Source of the DNA: the human T2T-CHM13v2.0 reference genome, Homo sapiens
DNA length: 64,000 nt
Assembly: GCA_009914755.4 (NCBI GenBank)
Contig: CP068257.2
Coordinates: forward strand, 832,001 to 896,000
Reading direction: 5' to 3'
Under the pieces are notes generated by a model that saw only the letters and a program-made list of their open reading frames with translations, was not told where the DNA came from and ran no database searches. Both the position numbers and the translations under genes were made by a program. Below, in pieces: positions 39,732 to 53,677 of the stretch; the stretch's first letter is position 1; each line of letters starts with the position of its first letter.

Positions 39732-41703
39732 TACACGGCATTGTGACTTATCACTGCACTGATCACCCAGGCGATACAACTCTTGTCTAGGCTCTGCCTA
39801 CAATGGTCTTGTGACATATCTCTGCACTGATCACCCAGGTGATATAACTCTTCTCTAGGATCTGACCACGGGGTGCTTTGTGACATATCCCTGCAATGAT
39901 CACCCAGGTGATATACCACTTGCCAAGGCTCTGCTTACAGGGGCATTGCAATGTATCTCTGCACTGATCACCTAGGTCTTGTAGCTATTTTCTAGGATCT
40001 GCCTACAGGGTGCTTTGTGACGGGTCCCAGCAAGGATTACCCAGGTGATGTACCTCCCATCAAGGTTCTGCCTACAGGCACATTGCGATATATCTCTGCA
40101 CTGATCACCTAGGTCACGTAACTTTTGTCTAGGCTCTACCTCCGATGGTATTGTGACATATCTCTGCACTAATCATCCAAGTGATGTAACACTTGTCTAG
40201 GATGTGCCTAAATTAACTTTTTGACATAACCCTGTACTGATCATCCAGGTGATGGGGCTTTTGTCTAGGCTCTGCCTAAGGGGGCATTGTGACATATTTC
40301 TGCATTGATCACCCAGGTGGCGAACTCTTCTCTCGGATCTGCCTATGGGGGCATTGTGAGAAATCTCTGCACTGATCACCCAGGTGATGTAACTGTTGTG
40401 TAACCTCTGCCTACAGGGGAATTGTGAGAGATCTCCCCACTGATTACCCAAGTGATGTAACCATTGTCTAGGCTTTGCGTACAGGGGGCTTTGTGACATA
40501 CCTTTGCACTGATCAACCAGGTGATGTAACACATCTAAGTTCGGCCTAAAGAGCTTTGTGACACATCTCTGCACTGATCACTTAGGTGATGTAACACTTT
40601 TATAATCACTGCCTACAGGGAATTTTGACAAATCTCTGCACTGATCACCTAGGTGATGTAACTCTTGTCTACCCTCTGTCCAACGGGGCATTGTGAAATA
40701 TCTCAGCACTGAACACCCAGGTGATTCAACTCTTGATTAGGAACTGCCTACAGAGGTTATTGTGAAATATCTCTGCACTGATAAACTAGGTGGTGTAACC
40801 CTTGTCCAAGCTCTGCCTACAGGGGCGTTTCCACATATCCCTGAACTGATGACAAAGGTGATGTAACTCTTGTCTAGGCTTTGCCTACAGGGGCATTGGA
40901 CATATATCTGCACTGATCACCCAGGTGATGCAACTCTTGCCTAGGCTTTGCCTACAGGGGACACTGTGACATATCTCTTCAATGATCACTCATGTGATGC
41001 ATCTCTTGCCTAGGCTTTGCCAACAGGGGACATTGGGACATATCTCTCCACTGATCTCCCTGGTACTGTAACTTTAGTCTAGGCTCTGGCTACACGGCAT
41101 TGTGACATATCACTGCACTGATCAACCAGGTGATATAACTCTTGTATAGGCTCTGCCTACAGGGGGCTTGTGACCTACCTCTGCACTGATCACCCATGTG
41201 ATATAACTCTCCTCTAGGATCTGCCTACAGGGTGCTTTGGGACATATCCCTGCACTGATCACCCAGGTGACCTAACTCTGGTCTAAGCTCTGCCTAAAGG
41301 GGCATTGTGACAGATCTCTGCACTGATCACTCAGGTGATGTAACTATTGTCTAGGCTCTGCTTAAAGGGGCCTTGTCACATATCCCTGCACTGATCACCC
41401 AGGTGATGCAACTCTTGTCTAGGCTCTGCTTCCAGGGAATATTGTGACATAACTATGCACTGATCACCTTAGTGATGTAACACTTGTGTAGGCTCGGCCT
41501 ACAGAGGAATCTTGACATATCTCTGCACTGTTAAACGAGGTGATTTAACTCTTGTCTAGGCTGTGCCCACAGGGGGATTGAGACATATCTCTGCACTGAT
41601 CCCGAGGTGATCCAACTCTTGCCTGGTCTCTGCCTACTGGGGACATTGTGACATATCTCTGCACTGATCTCCCAGGTGCTGTAAATTTTGTCTAGGCTCT
41701 GGC
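39732..41703. repeat. HOR unit 21 (A), 1972 bp; 1-bp deletion near 40550 (cctaaagagctttg instead of cctaaaggagctttg)
   Basis: direct reading; this shifts the ORF-track peptide at 40197. Confidence 0.85.
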
Positions 41704-43608
41704 TACATGGCATTGAGACTTATCACTGCACTGATCACCCAGGCGATACAACTCTTGTCTAGGCTCTGCCTACAATGGTCTTGTGACATATCTCTGCACT
41801 GATCACCCAGGTGATATAACTCTTCTCTAGGATCTGACCACGGGGTGCTTTGTGACATATCCCTGCAATGATCACCCATGTGATATACCACTTGCCAAGG
41901 CTCTGCTTACAGGGGCATTGCAATGTATCTCTGCACTGATCACCTAGGTCTTGTAGCTATTTTCTAGGATCTGCCTACAGGGTGCTTTGTGACGGTTCCC
42001 AGCAAGGATTACCCAGGTGATGTACCCCTCATCAAGGCTCTGCCTACAGGCACATTGCGATATATCTCTGCACTGATCACCTAGGTCACGTAACTTTTGT
42101 CTAGGCTCTACCTACGATGGTATTGTGACATATCTCTGCACTAATCATCCAAGTGATGTAACACTTGTCTAGGATGTGCCTAAATTAACTTTTTGACATA
42201 ACCCTGTACTGATCATCCAGGTGATGGGGATTTTGTCTAGGCTCTGCCTAAGGGGGCATTGTGACATATTTCTGCATTGATCACCCAGGTGGCGAACTCT
42301 TCTCTCGGATCTGCCTATGGGGGCATTGTGAGAAATCTCTGCACTGATCACCCAGGTGATGTAACTGTTGTGTAACCTCTGCCTACAGGGGAATTGTGAG
42401 AGATCTCCCCACTGATTACCCAAGTGATGTAACCATTGTCTAGGCTTTGCGTACAGGGGGCTTTGTGACATACCTTTGCACTGATCAACCAGGTGATGTA
42501 ACACATCTAAGTTCGGCCTAAAGGAGCTTTGTGACACATCTCTGCAGTGATCACTTAGGTGATGTAACACTTTTATAATCACTGCCTACAGGGAATTTTG
42601 ACAAATCTCTGCACTGATCACCTAGGTGATGTAACTCTTGTCTACCCTCTGTCCAACGGGGCATTTTGAAATATCTCAGGACTGAACACCCAGGTGATTC
42701 AACTCTTGACTAGGAACTGCCTACAGAGGTTATTGTGAAATAACTCTGCACTGATAAACTAGGTGGTGTAACCCTTGTCCAAGCTCTGCCTACAGGGGCG
42801 TTTCCACATATCCCTGAACTGATGACAAAGGTGATGTAACTCTTGCCTAGGCTTTGCCTACAGGGGCATTGGACATGTATCTGCACTGATCACCCAGGTG
42901 ATGAAACTCTTGCCTAGGCTTTGCCTACAGGGGACACTGTGACATATCTCTTCAATGATCACTCATGTGATGCATCTCTTGCCTAGGCTTTGCCAACAGG
43001 GGACATTGTGACATATCTCTGCACTGATCTCCCTGGTACTGTAACTTTAGTCTAGGCTCTGGCTACACGGCAATGTGACATATCACTGCACTGATCAACC
43101 AGGTGATATAACTCTTCTCTAGGATCTGCCTACAGGGTGCTTTGTGACATATCCCTGCACTGATCACCCAGGTGACCTAACTCTGGTCTAAGCTCTGCCT
43201 AAAGGGGCATTGTGACAGATCTCTGCACTGATCACTCAGGTGATGTAAGTATTGTCTAGGCTCTGCTTAAAGGGGCCTTGTCACATATCCCTGCACTGAT
43301 CACCCAGGTGATGTAACTCTTGTCTAGGCTCTGCTTCCAGGGCATATTGTGACATAACTATGCACTGATCACCTTAGTGATTTAACACTTGTGTAGGCTC
43401 GGCCTACAGAGGAATCTTGACATATCTCTGCACTGTTAAACGAGGTGATTTAACTCTTGTCTAGGCTGTGCCCACAGGGGGATTGAGACATATCTCTGCA
43501 CTGATTCCGAGGTGATCCAACTCTTGCCTGGTCTCTGCCTACTGGGGACATTGTGACATATCTCTGCACTGATCTCCCAGGTGCTGTAAATTTTGTCTAG
43601 GCTCTGGC
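41704..43608. repeat. HOR unit 22 (A), 1905 bp; the same monomer pair (21/22) is fused as in units 11-12, but with a different junction sequence
   Basis: Around 43090-43125: ctgcactgatcaaccaggtgatataactcttctctaggatctgcc (retains aacc and gatctgcc, unlike units 11-12). Confidence 0.88.
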
Positions 43609-45581
43609 TACACGGCATTGTGACTTATCACTGCACTGATCACCCAGGCGATACAACTCTTGTCTAGGCTCTGCCTACAATGGTCTTGTGACATATCTCT
43701 GCACTGATCACCCAGGTGATATAACTCTTCTCTAGGATCTGACCACGGGGTGCTTTGTGACATATCCCTGCAATGATCACCCAGGTGATATACCACTTGC
43801 CAAGGCTCTGCTTACAGGGGCATTGCAATGTATCTCTGCACTGATCACCTAGGTCTTGTAGCTATTTTCTAGGATCTGCCTACAGGGTGCTTTGTGACGT
43901 GTCCCAGCAAGGATTACCCAGGTGATGTACCTCTCATCAAGGCTCTGCCTACAGGCACATTGCGATATATCTCTGCACTGATAACCTAGGTCACGTAACT
44001 TTTGTCTAGGCTCTACCTACGATGGTATTGTGACATATCTCTGCACTAATCATCCAAGTGATGTAACACTTGTCTAGGATGTGCCTAAATTAACTTTTTG
44101 ACATAACCCTGTACTGATCATCCAGGTGATGGGGCTTTTGTCTAGGCTCTGCCTAAGGGGGCATTGTGACATATTTGTGCATTGATCACCCAGGTGGCGA
44201 ACTCTTCTCTCGGATCTGCCTATGGGGGCATTGTGAGAAATCTCTGCACTGATCACCCAGGTGATGTAACTGTTGTGTAACCTCTGCCTACAGGGGAATT
44301 GTGAGAGATCTCGCCACTGATTACCCAAGTGATGTAACCATTGTCTAGGATTTGCGTACAGGGTGCTTTGTGACATACCTTTGCACTGATCACCCAGGTG
44401 ATGTAACACATCTAAGTTCGGCCTAAAGGAGCTTTGTGACACATCTCTGCACTGATCACTTAGGTGATGTAACACTTTTATAATCACTGCCTACAGGGAA
44501 TTTTGACAAATCTCTGCACTGATCACCTAGGTGATGTAACTCTTGTCTACCTTCTGTCCAACGGGGCATTGTGAAATATCTCAGCACTGAACACCCAGGT
44601 GATTCAACTATTGACTAGGAACTGCCTACAGAGGTTATTGTGAAATATCTCTGCACTGATAAACTAGGTGGTGTAACCCTTGTCCAAGCTCTGCCTACAG
44701 GGGCGTTTCCACATATCCCTGAACTGATGATAAAGGTCATGTAACTCTTGCCTAGGCTTTGCCTACAGGGGCATTGGACATATATCTGCACTGATCACCG
44801 AGGTGATGCAACTCTTGCCTAGGATTTGCCTACAGGGGACACTGTGACATATCTCTTCAATGATCACTCATGTGATGCATCTCTTGCCTAGGCTTTGCCA
44901 ACAGGGGACATTGGGACATATCTCTGCACTGATCTCCCTGGTACAGTAACTTTAGTCTAGGCTCTGGCTACACGGCATTGTGACATATCACTGCACTGAT
45001 CAACCAGGTGATATAACTCTTGTATAGGCTCTGCCTACAGGGGGATTGTGACCTACCTCTGCACTGATCACCCAGGTGATATAACTCTCCTCTAGGATCT
45101 GCCTACAGGGTGCTTTGGGACATATCCCTGCACTGATCACCCAGGTGACCTAACTCTGGTCTAAGCTCTGCCTAAAGGGGCATTGTGACAGATCTCTGCA
45201 CTGATTACTCAGGTGATGTAACTATTGTCTAGGCTCTGCTTAAAGGGGCCTTGTCACATATCCCTGCACTGATCACCCAGGTGATGTAACTCTTGTCTAG
45301 GCTCTGCTTCCAGGGCATATTGTGACATAACTATGCACTGATCACCTTAGTGATGTAACACTTGTGTAGGCTCGGCCTACAGAGGAATCTTGACATATCT
45401 CTGCACTGTAAAACGAGGTGACTTAACTCTTGTGTAGGCTGTGCCCACAGGGGGATTGAGACATATCTCTGCACTGATCCCGAGGTGATCCAACTCTTGC
45501 CTGGTCTCTGCCTACTGGGGACATTGTGACATATCTCTGCACTGATCTCCCAGGTGCTGTAAATTTTGTCTAGGCTCTGGC
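43609..45581. repeat. HOR unit 23 (A), 1973 bp
   Basis: periodicity. Confidence 0.9.
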
Positions 45582-47554
45582 TACACGGCATTGTGACTTA
45601 TCACTGCACTGATCACCCAGGCGATACAACTCTTGTCTAGGCTCTGCCTACAATGGTCTTGTGACATATCTCTGCACTGATCACCCAGGTGATATAACTC
45701 TTCTCTAGGATCTGACCACGGGGTGCTTTGTGACATATCCCTGCAATGATCACCCAGGTGATATACCACTTGCCAAGGCTCTGCTTACAGGGGCATTGCA
45801 ATGTATCTCTGCACTGATCACCTAGGTCTTGTAGCTATTTTCTAGGATCTGCCTACAGGGTGCTTTGTGACGTGTCCCAGCAAGGATTACCCAGGTGATG
45901 TAGCTCTCATCAAGGCTCTGCCTACAGGCACATTGCGATATATCTCTGCACTGATAACCTAGGTCACGTAACTTTTGTCTAGGCTCTACCTACGATGGTA
46001 TTGTGACATATCTCTGCACTAATCATCCAAGTGATGTAACACTTGTCTAGGATGTGCCTAAATTAACTTTTTGACATAACCCTGTACTGATCATCCAGGT
46101 GATGGGGCTTTTGTCTAGGCTCTGCCTAAGGGGGCATTGTGACATATTTCTGCATTGATCACCCAGGTGGCGAACTCTTCTCTCGGATCTGCCTATGGGG
46201 GCATTGTGAGAAATCTCTGCACTGATCACCCAGGTGATGTAACTGTTGTGTAACCTCTGCCTACAGGGGAATTGTGAGAGATCTCGCCACTGATTACCCA
46301 AGTGATGTAACCATTGTCTAGGATTTGCGTACAGGGTGCTTTGTGACATACCTTTGCACTGATCACCCAGGTGATGTAACACATCTAAGTTCGGCCTAAA
46401 GGAGCTTTGTGACACATCTCTGCACTGATCACTTAGGTGATGTAACACTTTTATAATCACTGCCTACAGGGAATTTTGACAAATCTCTGCACTGATCACC
46501 TAGGTGATGTAACTCTTGTCTACCTTCTGTCCAACGGGGCATTGTGAAATATCTCAGCACTGAACACCCAGGTGATTCAACTATTGACTAGTAACTGCCT
46601 ACAGAGGTTATTGTGAAATATCTCTGCACTGATATACTAGGTGGTGTAACCCTTGTCCAAGCTCTGCCTACAGGGGCGTTTCCACATATCCCTGAACTGA
46701 TGACAAAGGTCATGTAACTCTTGCCTAGGCTTTGCCTACAGGGGCATTGGACATATATCTGCACTGATCACCGAGGTGATGCAACTCTTGCCTAGGCTTT
46801 GCCTACAGGGGACACTGTGACATATCTCTTCGATGATCACTCATGTGATGCATCTCTTGCCTAGGCTTTGCCAACAGGGGACATTGGGACATATCTCTGC
46901 ACTGATCTCCCTGGTACAGTAACTTTAGTCTAGGCTCTGGCTACACGGCATTGTGACATATCACTGCACTGATCAACCAGGTGATATAACTCTTGTATAG
47001 GCTCTGCCTACAGGGGGATTGTGACCTACCTCTGCACTGATCACCCAGGTGATATAACTCTCCTCTAGGATCTGCCTACAGGGTGCTTTGGGACATATCC
47101 CTGCACTGATCACCCAGGAGACCTAACTCTGGTCTAAGCTCTGCCTAAAGGGGCATTGTGACAGATCTCTGCACTGATTACTCAGGTGATGTAACTATTG
47201 TCTAGGCTCTGCTTAAAGGGGCCTTGTCACATATCCCTGCACTGATCACCCAGGTGATGTAACTCTTGTCTAGGCTCTGCTTCCAGGGCATATTGTGACA
47301 TAACTATGCACTGATCACCTTAGTGATGTAACACTTGTGTAGGCTCGGCCTACAGAGGAATCTTGACATATCTCTGCACTGTTAAACGAGGTGACTTAAC
47401 TCTTGTGTAGGCTGTGCCCACAGGGGGATTGAGACATATCTCTGCACTGATCCCGAGGTGATCCAACTCTTGCCTGCTCTCTGCCTACTGGGGACATTGT
47501 GACATATCTCTGCACTGATCTCCCAGGTGCTGTAAATTTTGTCTAGGCTCTGGC
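45582..47554. repeat. HOR unit 24 (A), 1973 bp
   Basis: periodicity. Confidence 0.9.
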
Positions 47555-49527
47555 TACACGGCATTGTGACTTATCACTGCACTGATCACCCAGGCGATAC
47601 AACTCTTGTCTAGGCTCTGCCTACAAAGGTGTTGTGACATATCTCTGCACTGATCACCCAGGTGATATAACTCTTCTCTAGGATCTGACCACGGGGTGCT
47701 TTGTGACATATCCCTGCAATGATCACCCAGGTGATATACCACTTGCCAAGGCTCTGCTTACAGGGGCATTGCAATGTATCTCTGCACTGATCACCTAGGT
47801 CTTGTAGCTATTTTCTAGGATCTGCCTACAGGGTGCTTTGTGACGGGTCCCAGCAAGGATTACCCAGGTGATGTACCTCTCATCAAGGCTCTGCCTACAG
47901 GCACATTGCGATATATCTCTGCACTGATCACCTAGGTCATGTAACTTTTGTCTAGGCTCTACCTACGATGGCATTGTGACATATCTATGCACTAATCATC
48001 CAAGTGATGTAACACTTGTCAAGGATGTGCCTAAATTAACTTTTTGACATAACCCTGTACTGATCATCCAGGTGATGGGGCTTTTGTCTAGGCTCTGCCT
48101 AAGGGGGCATTGTGACATATTTCTGCATTGATCACCCAGGTGGCGAACTCTTCTCTCGGATCTGCCTATGGGGGCATTGTGAGAAATCTCTGCACTGATC
48201 ACCCAGGTGATGTAACTGTTGTGTAACCTCTGCCTACAGGGGAATTGTGAGAGATCTCGCCACTGATTACCCAAGTGATGTAACCATTGTCTAGGATTTG
48301 CGTACAGGGTGCTTTGTGACATACCTTTGCACTGATCACCCAGGTGATGTAACACATCTAAGTTCGGCCTAAAGGAGCTTTGTGACACATCTCTGCACTG
48401 ATCACTTAGGTGATGTAACACTTTTATAATCACTGCCTACAGGGAATTTTGACAAATCTCTGCACTGATCACCTAGGTGATGTAACTCTTTTGTACCTTC
48501 TGTCCAACGGGGCATTGTGAAATATCTCAGCACTGAACACCCAGGTGATTCAACTCTTGACTAGGAACTGCCTACAGAGGTTATTGTGAAATATCTCTGC
48601 ACTGATAAACTAGGTGGTGTAACCCTTGTCCAAGCTCTGCCTACAGGGGCGTTTCCACATATCCCTGAACTGATGACAAAGGTGATGTAACTCTTGCCTA
48701 GGCTTTGCCTACAGGGGCATTGGACATATATCTGCACTGATCACCGAGGTGATGCAACTCTTGCCTAGGCTTTGCCTACAGGGGACACTGTGACATATCT
48801 CTTCGATGATCACTCATGTGATGCATCTCTTGCCTAGGCTTTGCCAACAGGGGACATTGGGACATAACTCTGCACTGATCTCCCTGGTACAGTAACTTTA
48901 GTCTAGGCTCTGGCTACACGGCATTGTGACATATCACTGCACTGATCAACCAGGTGATATAACTCTTGTATAGGCTCTGCCTACAGGGGGATTGTGACCT
49001 ACCTCTGCACTGATCACCCAGGTGATATAACTCTCCTCTAGGATCTGCCTACAGGGTGCTTTGGGACATATCCCTGCACTGATCACCCAGGAGACCTAAC
49101 TCTGGTCTAAGCTCTGCCTAAAGGGGCATTGTGACAGATCTCTGCACTGATTACTCAGGTGATGTAACTATTGTCTAGGCTCTGCTTAAAGGGGCCTTGT
49201 CACATATCCCTGCACTGATCACCCAGGTGATGTAACTCTTGTCTAGGCTCTGCTTCCAGGGCATATTGTGACATAACTATGCACTGATCACCTTAGTGAT
49301 GTAACACTTGTGTAGGCTCGGCCTACAGAGGAATCTTGACATATCTCTGCACTGTTAAACGAGGTGACTTAACTCTTGTGTAGGCTGTGCCCACAGGGGG
49401 ATTGAGACATATCTCTGCACTGATCCCGAGGTGATCCAACTCTTGCCTGGTCTCTGCCTACTGGGGACATTGTGACATATCTCTGCACTGATCTCCCAGG
49501 TGCTGTAAATTTTGTCTAGGCTCTGGC
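47555..49527. repeat. HOR unit 25 (A), 1973 bp
   Basis: periodicity. Confidence 0.9.
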
Positions 49528-51499
49528 TACACGGCATTGTGACTTATCACTGCACTGATCACCCAGGCGATACAACTCTTGTCTAGGCTCTGCCTACAAT
49601 GGTCTTGTGACATATCTCTGCACTGATCACCCAGGTGATATAACTCTTCTCTAGGATCTGACCACGGGGTGCTTTGTGACATATCCCTGCAATGATCACC
49701 CAGGTGATATACCACTTGTCAAGGCTCTGCTTACAGGGGCATTGCAATGTATCTCTGCACTGATCACCTAGGTCTTGTAGCTATTTTCTAGGATCTGCCT
49801 ACAGGGTGCTTTGTGACGGGTCCCAGCAAGGATTACCCAGGTGATGTACCTCTCATCAAGGCTCTGCCTACAGGCACATTGCGATATATCTCTGCACTGA
49901 TCACCTAGGTCATGTAACTTTTGTCTAGGCTCTACCTACGATGGCATTGTGACATATCTATGCACTAATCATCCAAGTGATGTAACACTTGTCTAGGATG
50001 TGCCTAAATTAACTTTTTGACATAACCCTGTACTGATCATCCAGGTGATGGGGCTTTTGTCTAGGCTCTGCCTAAGGGGGCATTGTGACATATTTCTGCA
50101 TTGATCACCCAGGTGGCGAACTCTTCTCTCGGATCTGCCTATGGGGGCATTGTGAGAAATCTCTGCACTGATCACCCAGGTGATGTAACTGTTGTGTAAC
50201 CTCTCCCTACAGGGGAATTGTGAGAGATCTCGCCACTGATTACCCAAGTGATGTAACCATTGTCTAGGATTTGCGTACAGGGTGCTTTGTGACATACCTT
50301 TGCACTGATCACCCAGGTGATGTAACACATCTAAGTTCGGCCTAAAGGAGCTTTGTGACACATCTCTGCACTGATCACTTAGGTGATGTAACACTTTTAT
50401 AATCACTGCCTACAGGGAATTTTGACAAATCTCTGCACTGATCACCTAGGTGATGTAACTCTTTTGTACCTTCTGTCCAACGGGGCATTGTGAAATATCT
50501 CAGCACTGAACACCCAGGTGATTCAACTCTTGACTAGGAACTGCCTACAGAGGTTATTGTGAAATATCTCTGCACTGATAAACTAGGTGGTGTAACCCTT
50601 GTCCAAGCTCTGCCTACAGGGGCGTTTCCACATATCCCTGAACTGATGACAAAGGTGATGTAACTCTTGCCTAGGCTTTGCCTACAGGGGCATTGGACAT
50701 ATATCTGCACTGATCACCGAGGTGATGCAACTCTTGCCTAGGCTTTGCCTACAGGGGACACTGTGACATATCTCTTCAATGATCACTCATGTGATGCATC
50801 TCTTGCCTAGGCTTTGCAACAGGGGACATTGGGACTAATCTCTGCACTGATCTCCCTGGTACAGTAACTTTAGTCTAGGCTCTGGCTACACGGCATTGTG
50901 ACATATCACTGCACTGATCAACCAGGTGATATAACTCTTGTATAGGCTCTGCCTACAGGGGGATTGTGACCTACCTCTGCACTGATCACCCAGGTGATAT
51001 AACTCTCCTCTAGGATCTGCCTACAGGGTGCTTTGGGACATATCCCTGCACTGATCACCCAGGTGACCTAACTCTGGTCTAAGCTCTGCCTAAAGGGGCA
51101 TTGTGACAGATCTCTGCACTGATTACTCAGGTGATGTAACTATTGTCTAGGCTCTGCTTAAAGGGGCCTTGTCACATATCCCTGCACTGATCACCCAGGT
51201 GATGTAACTCTTGTCTAGGCTCTGATTCCAGGGCATATTGTGACATAACTATGCACTGATCACCTTAGTGATGTAACACTTGTGTAGGCTCGGCCTACAG
51301 AGGAATCTTGACATATCTCTGCACTGTTAAACGAGGTGACTTAACTCTTTTGTAGGCTGTGCCCACAGGGGGATTGAGACATATCTCTGCACTGATCCCG
51401 AGGTGATCCAACTCTTGCCTGGTCTCTGCCTACTGGGGACATTGTGACATATCTCTGCACTGATCTCCCAGGTGCTGTAAATTTTGTCTAGGCTCTGGC
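49528..51499. repeat. HOR unit 26 (A), 1972 bp; 1-bp deletion near 50816 (ctttgcaacagggg instead of ctttgccaacagggg)
   Basis: direct reading. Confidence 0.85.
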
Positions 51500-53677
51500 T
51501 ACACGGCATTGTGACTTATCACTGTACTGATCACCCAGGCGATACAAATCTTGTCTAGGCTCTGCCTACAATGGTCTTGTGACATATCTCTGCACTGATC
51601 ACCCAGGTGATATAACTCTTCTCTAGGATCTGACCACGGGGTGCTTTGTGACATATCCCTGCAATGATCACCCAGGTGATATACCACTTGCCAAGGCTCT
51701 GCTTACAGGGGCATTGCAATGTATCTCTGCACTGATCACCTAGGTCTTGTAGGTATTTTCTAGGATCTGCCTACAGGGTGCTTTGTGACGGGTCCCAGCA
51801 AGGATTACCCAGGTGATGTACCTCTCATCAAGGCTCTGCCTACAGGCACATTGCGATATATCTCTGCACTGATCACCTAGGTCATGTAACTTTTGTCTAG
51901 GCTCTACCTACGATGGCATTGTGACATATCTATGCACTAATCATCCAAGTGATGTAACACTTGTCTAGGATGTGCCTAAATTAACTTTTTGACATAACCC
52001 TGTACTGATCATCCAGGTGATGGGGCTTTTGTCTAGGCTCTGCCTAAAGGGGCATTGTGACATATTTCTGCATTGATCACCCAGGTGGCGAACTCTTCTC
52101 TCGGATCTGCCTATGGGGGCATTGTGAGAAATCTCTGCACTGATCACCCAGGTGATGTAACTGTTGTGTAACCTCTGCCTACAGGGGAATTGTGAGAGAT
52201 CTCTCCACTGATTACCCAAGTGATGTAACCATTGTCTAGGCTTTGCGTACAGGGGTCTTTGTGACATACCTTTGCAGTGATCACCCAGGTGATGTAACAC
52301 ATCTAAGTTCAGCCTAAAGGAGCTTTGTGACACATCTCTGCACTGATCACTTAGGTGATGTAACACTTTTATAATCACTGCCTACAGGGAATTTTGACAA
52401 ATCTCTGCACTGATCACCTAGGTGATGTAACTCTAGTCTACCCTCTGTCCAACGGGGCATTGTGAAATATCTCAGCACTGAATACCCAGGTGATTCAACT
52501 CTTGACTAGGAACTGCCTACAGACGATATTGTGAAATATCTCTTCACTGATAAACTAGGTGGTGTAACACTTGTCCAAGCTCTGCCTACAGGGGCGTTTC
52601 CACATATCCCTGAACTGATGAAAAAGGTGAAGTAACTCTTGCCTAGGCTTTGCCTACAGGGGCATTGGACATATATCTGCACTGATCACCCAGGTGATTC
52701 AACTCTTGACTAGGATCTGCCTACAGAGGTTACTGTGAAATATCTCTGCACTGATAAACTAGGTGGTGTAACCCTTATCCAAACTCTGCCTACAGGGGCG
52801 TTTTCACATATCCCTGAAGTGATGACAAAGGTGTCGTAACTCTTGCCTAGGCTTTGCCTACAGGGGACATTGGACATATGTCTGCACTGATCACCCAGGT
52901 GATGCAACTCTTGCCTAGGCTTTGCCTACAGGGGACATTGTGACATATCGCTTCAATGATCACCCATGTGATGCAACTCTTGCCTAGGCTTTGCCTACAG
53001 GGGACATTGTGACATATCTCTGCACTGATCTCCCAGGTGCTGTAACTTTAGTCTAGACTCTGGCTACACGGCATTGTGACATATCACTGCACTGATCAAC
53101 CAGGTGATATAACCCTTGTCTAGGCTCTGCCTACAGGGGGCTTGTGACATATCTATGCACTGGTCACCCAGGTGATATAACTCTTCTCTAGGATCTGCCT
53201 ACAGGGTGCTTTGTGACATATCCCTGCAATGATCACCCAGGTGATCTAACTCTGGTTTAAGCTCTGCCTAAAGGGGCATTGTGACAGATCTCTGCACTGA
53301 TCACTCAGGTGATGTAACTATTGTCTAGGCTCTGCTTAAAGGGGCCTTGTCACATATCTCTGCAATGATCACCCAGGTGATGTAACTCTTGTCTAGCCTC
53401 TGCTTTCACGGCATATTGTGACATATCTATGCACTGATCACCTTAGTGATGTAACACTTGTGTAGGCTCGGCCTACAGGGGAATATTGACATATCTCTGC
53501 ACTGTTAACCGAGGTGATTTAACTCTTGTCTAGGCTGTGCCCACAGGGGCATTGATTCATATCTCTGCACTGATCCCGTGGTGATCCAACTGTTGCCTGG
53601 TCTCTGCCTACTGGGGACATTGTGACGTATCTCTGCACTGATCTCCCAGGTGCTGTAACATTAGTCTAGGCTCTGGC
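51500..53677. repeat. HOR unit 27, A/B hybrid, 2178 bp: A-type monomers 1-18 (to about 52690) then B-type monomers 15-29, so monomers 15-17 are present twice
   Basis: A-type 15-17 at about 52470-52690 (ctcagcactgaatacccaggtgattcaactcttgactaggaactgcc, cacttgtccaagctc, gcgtttccacat). B-type 15-17 follow at about 52691-52900 (gactaggatctgcc, cccttatccaaac, gcgttttcacat, ccctgaagtgatgac). Confidence 0.85.
52493..52902. repeat. Three-monomer (about 205 bp) direct duplication spanning the A/B family boundary, with crossover junction at about 52690-52700 inside the conserved core
   Basis: ctgcactgatcacccaggtga at 52677-52697 is preceded by the A-type monomer-18 head (cattggacatatatctgc) and followed by the B-type monomer-15 tail (ttcaactcttgactaggatctgcc). 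Confidence 0.8.

Larger units (their letters stand above)
1..52690. repeat. HOR family A, about 26.7 HOR units
   Basis: Units share diagnostic variants such as gtctaggctctggctacacgg, cacttgtccaagctc, gcgtttccacat and ctcagcactgaacaccc; neighbouring units are nearly identical. Confidence 0.9.
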
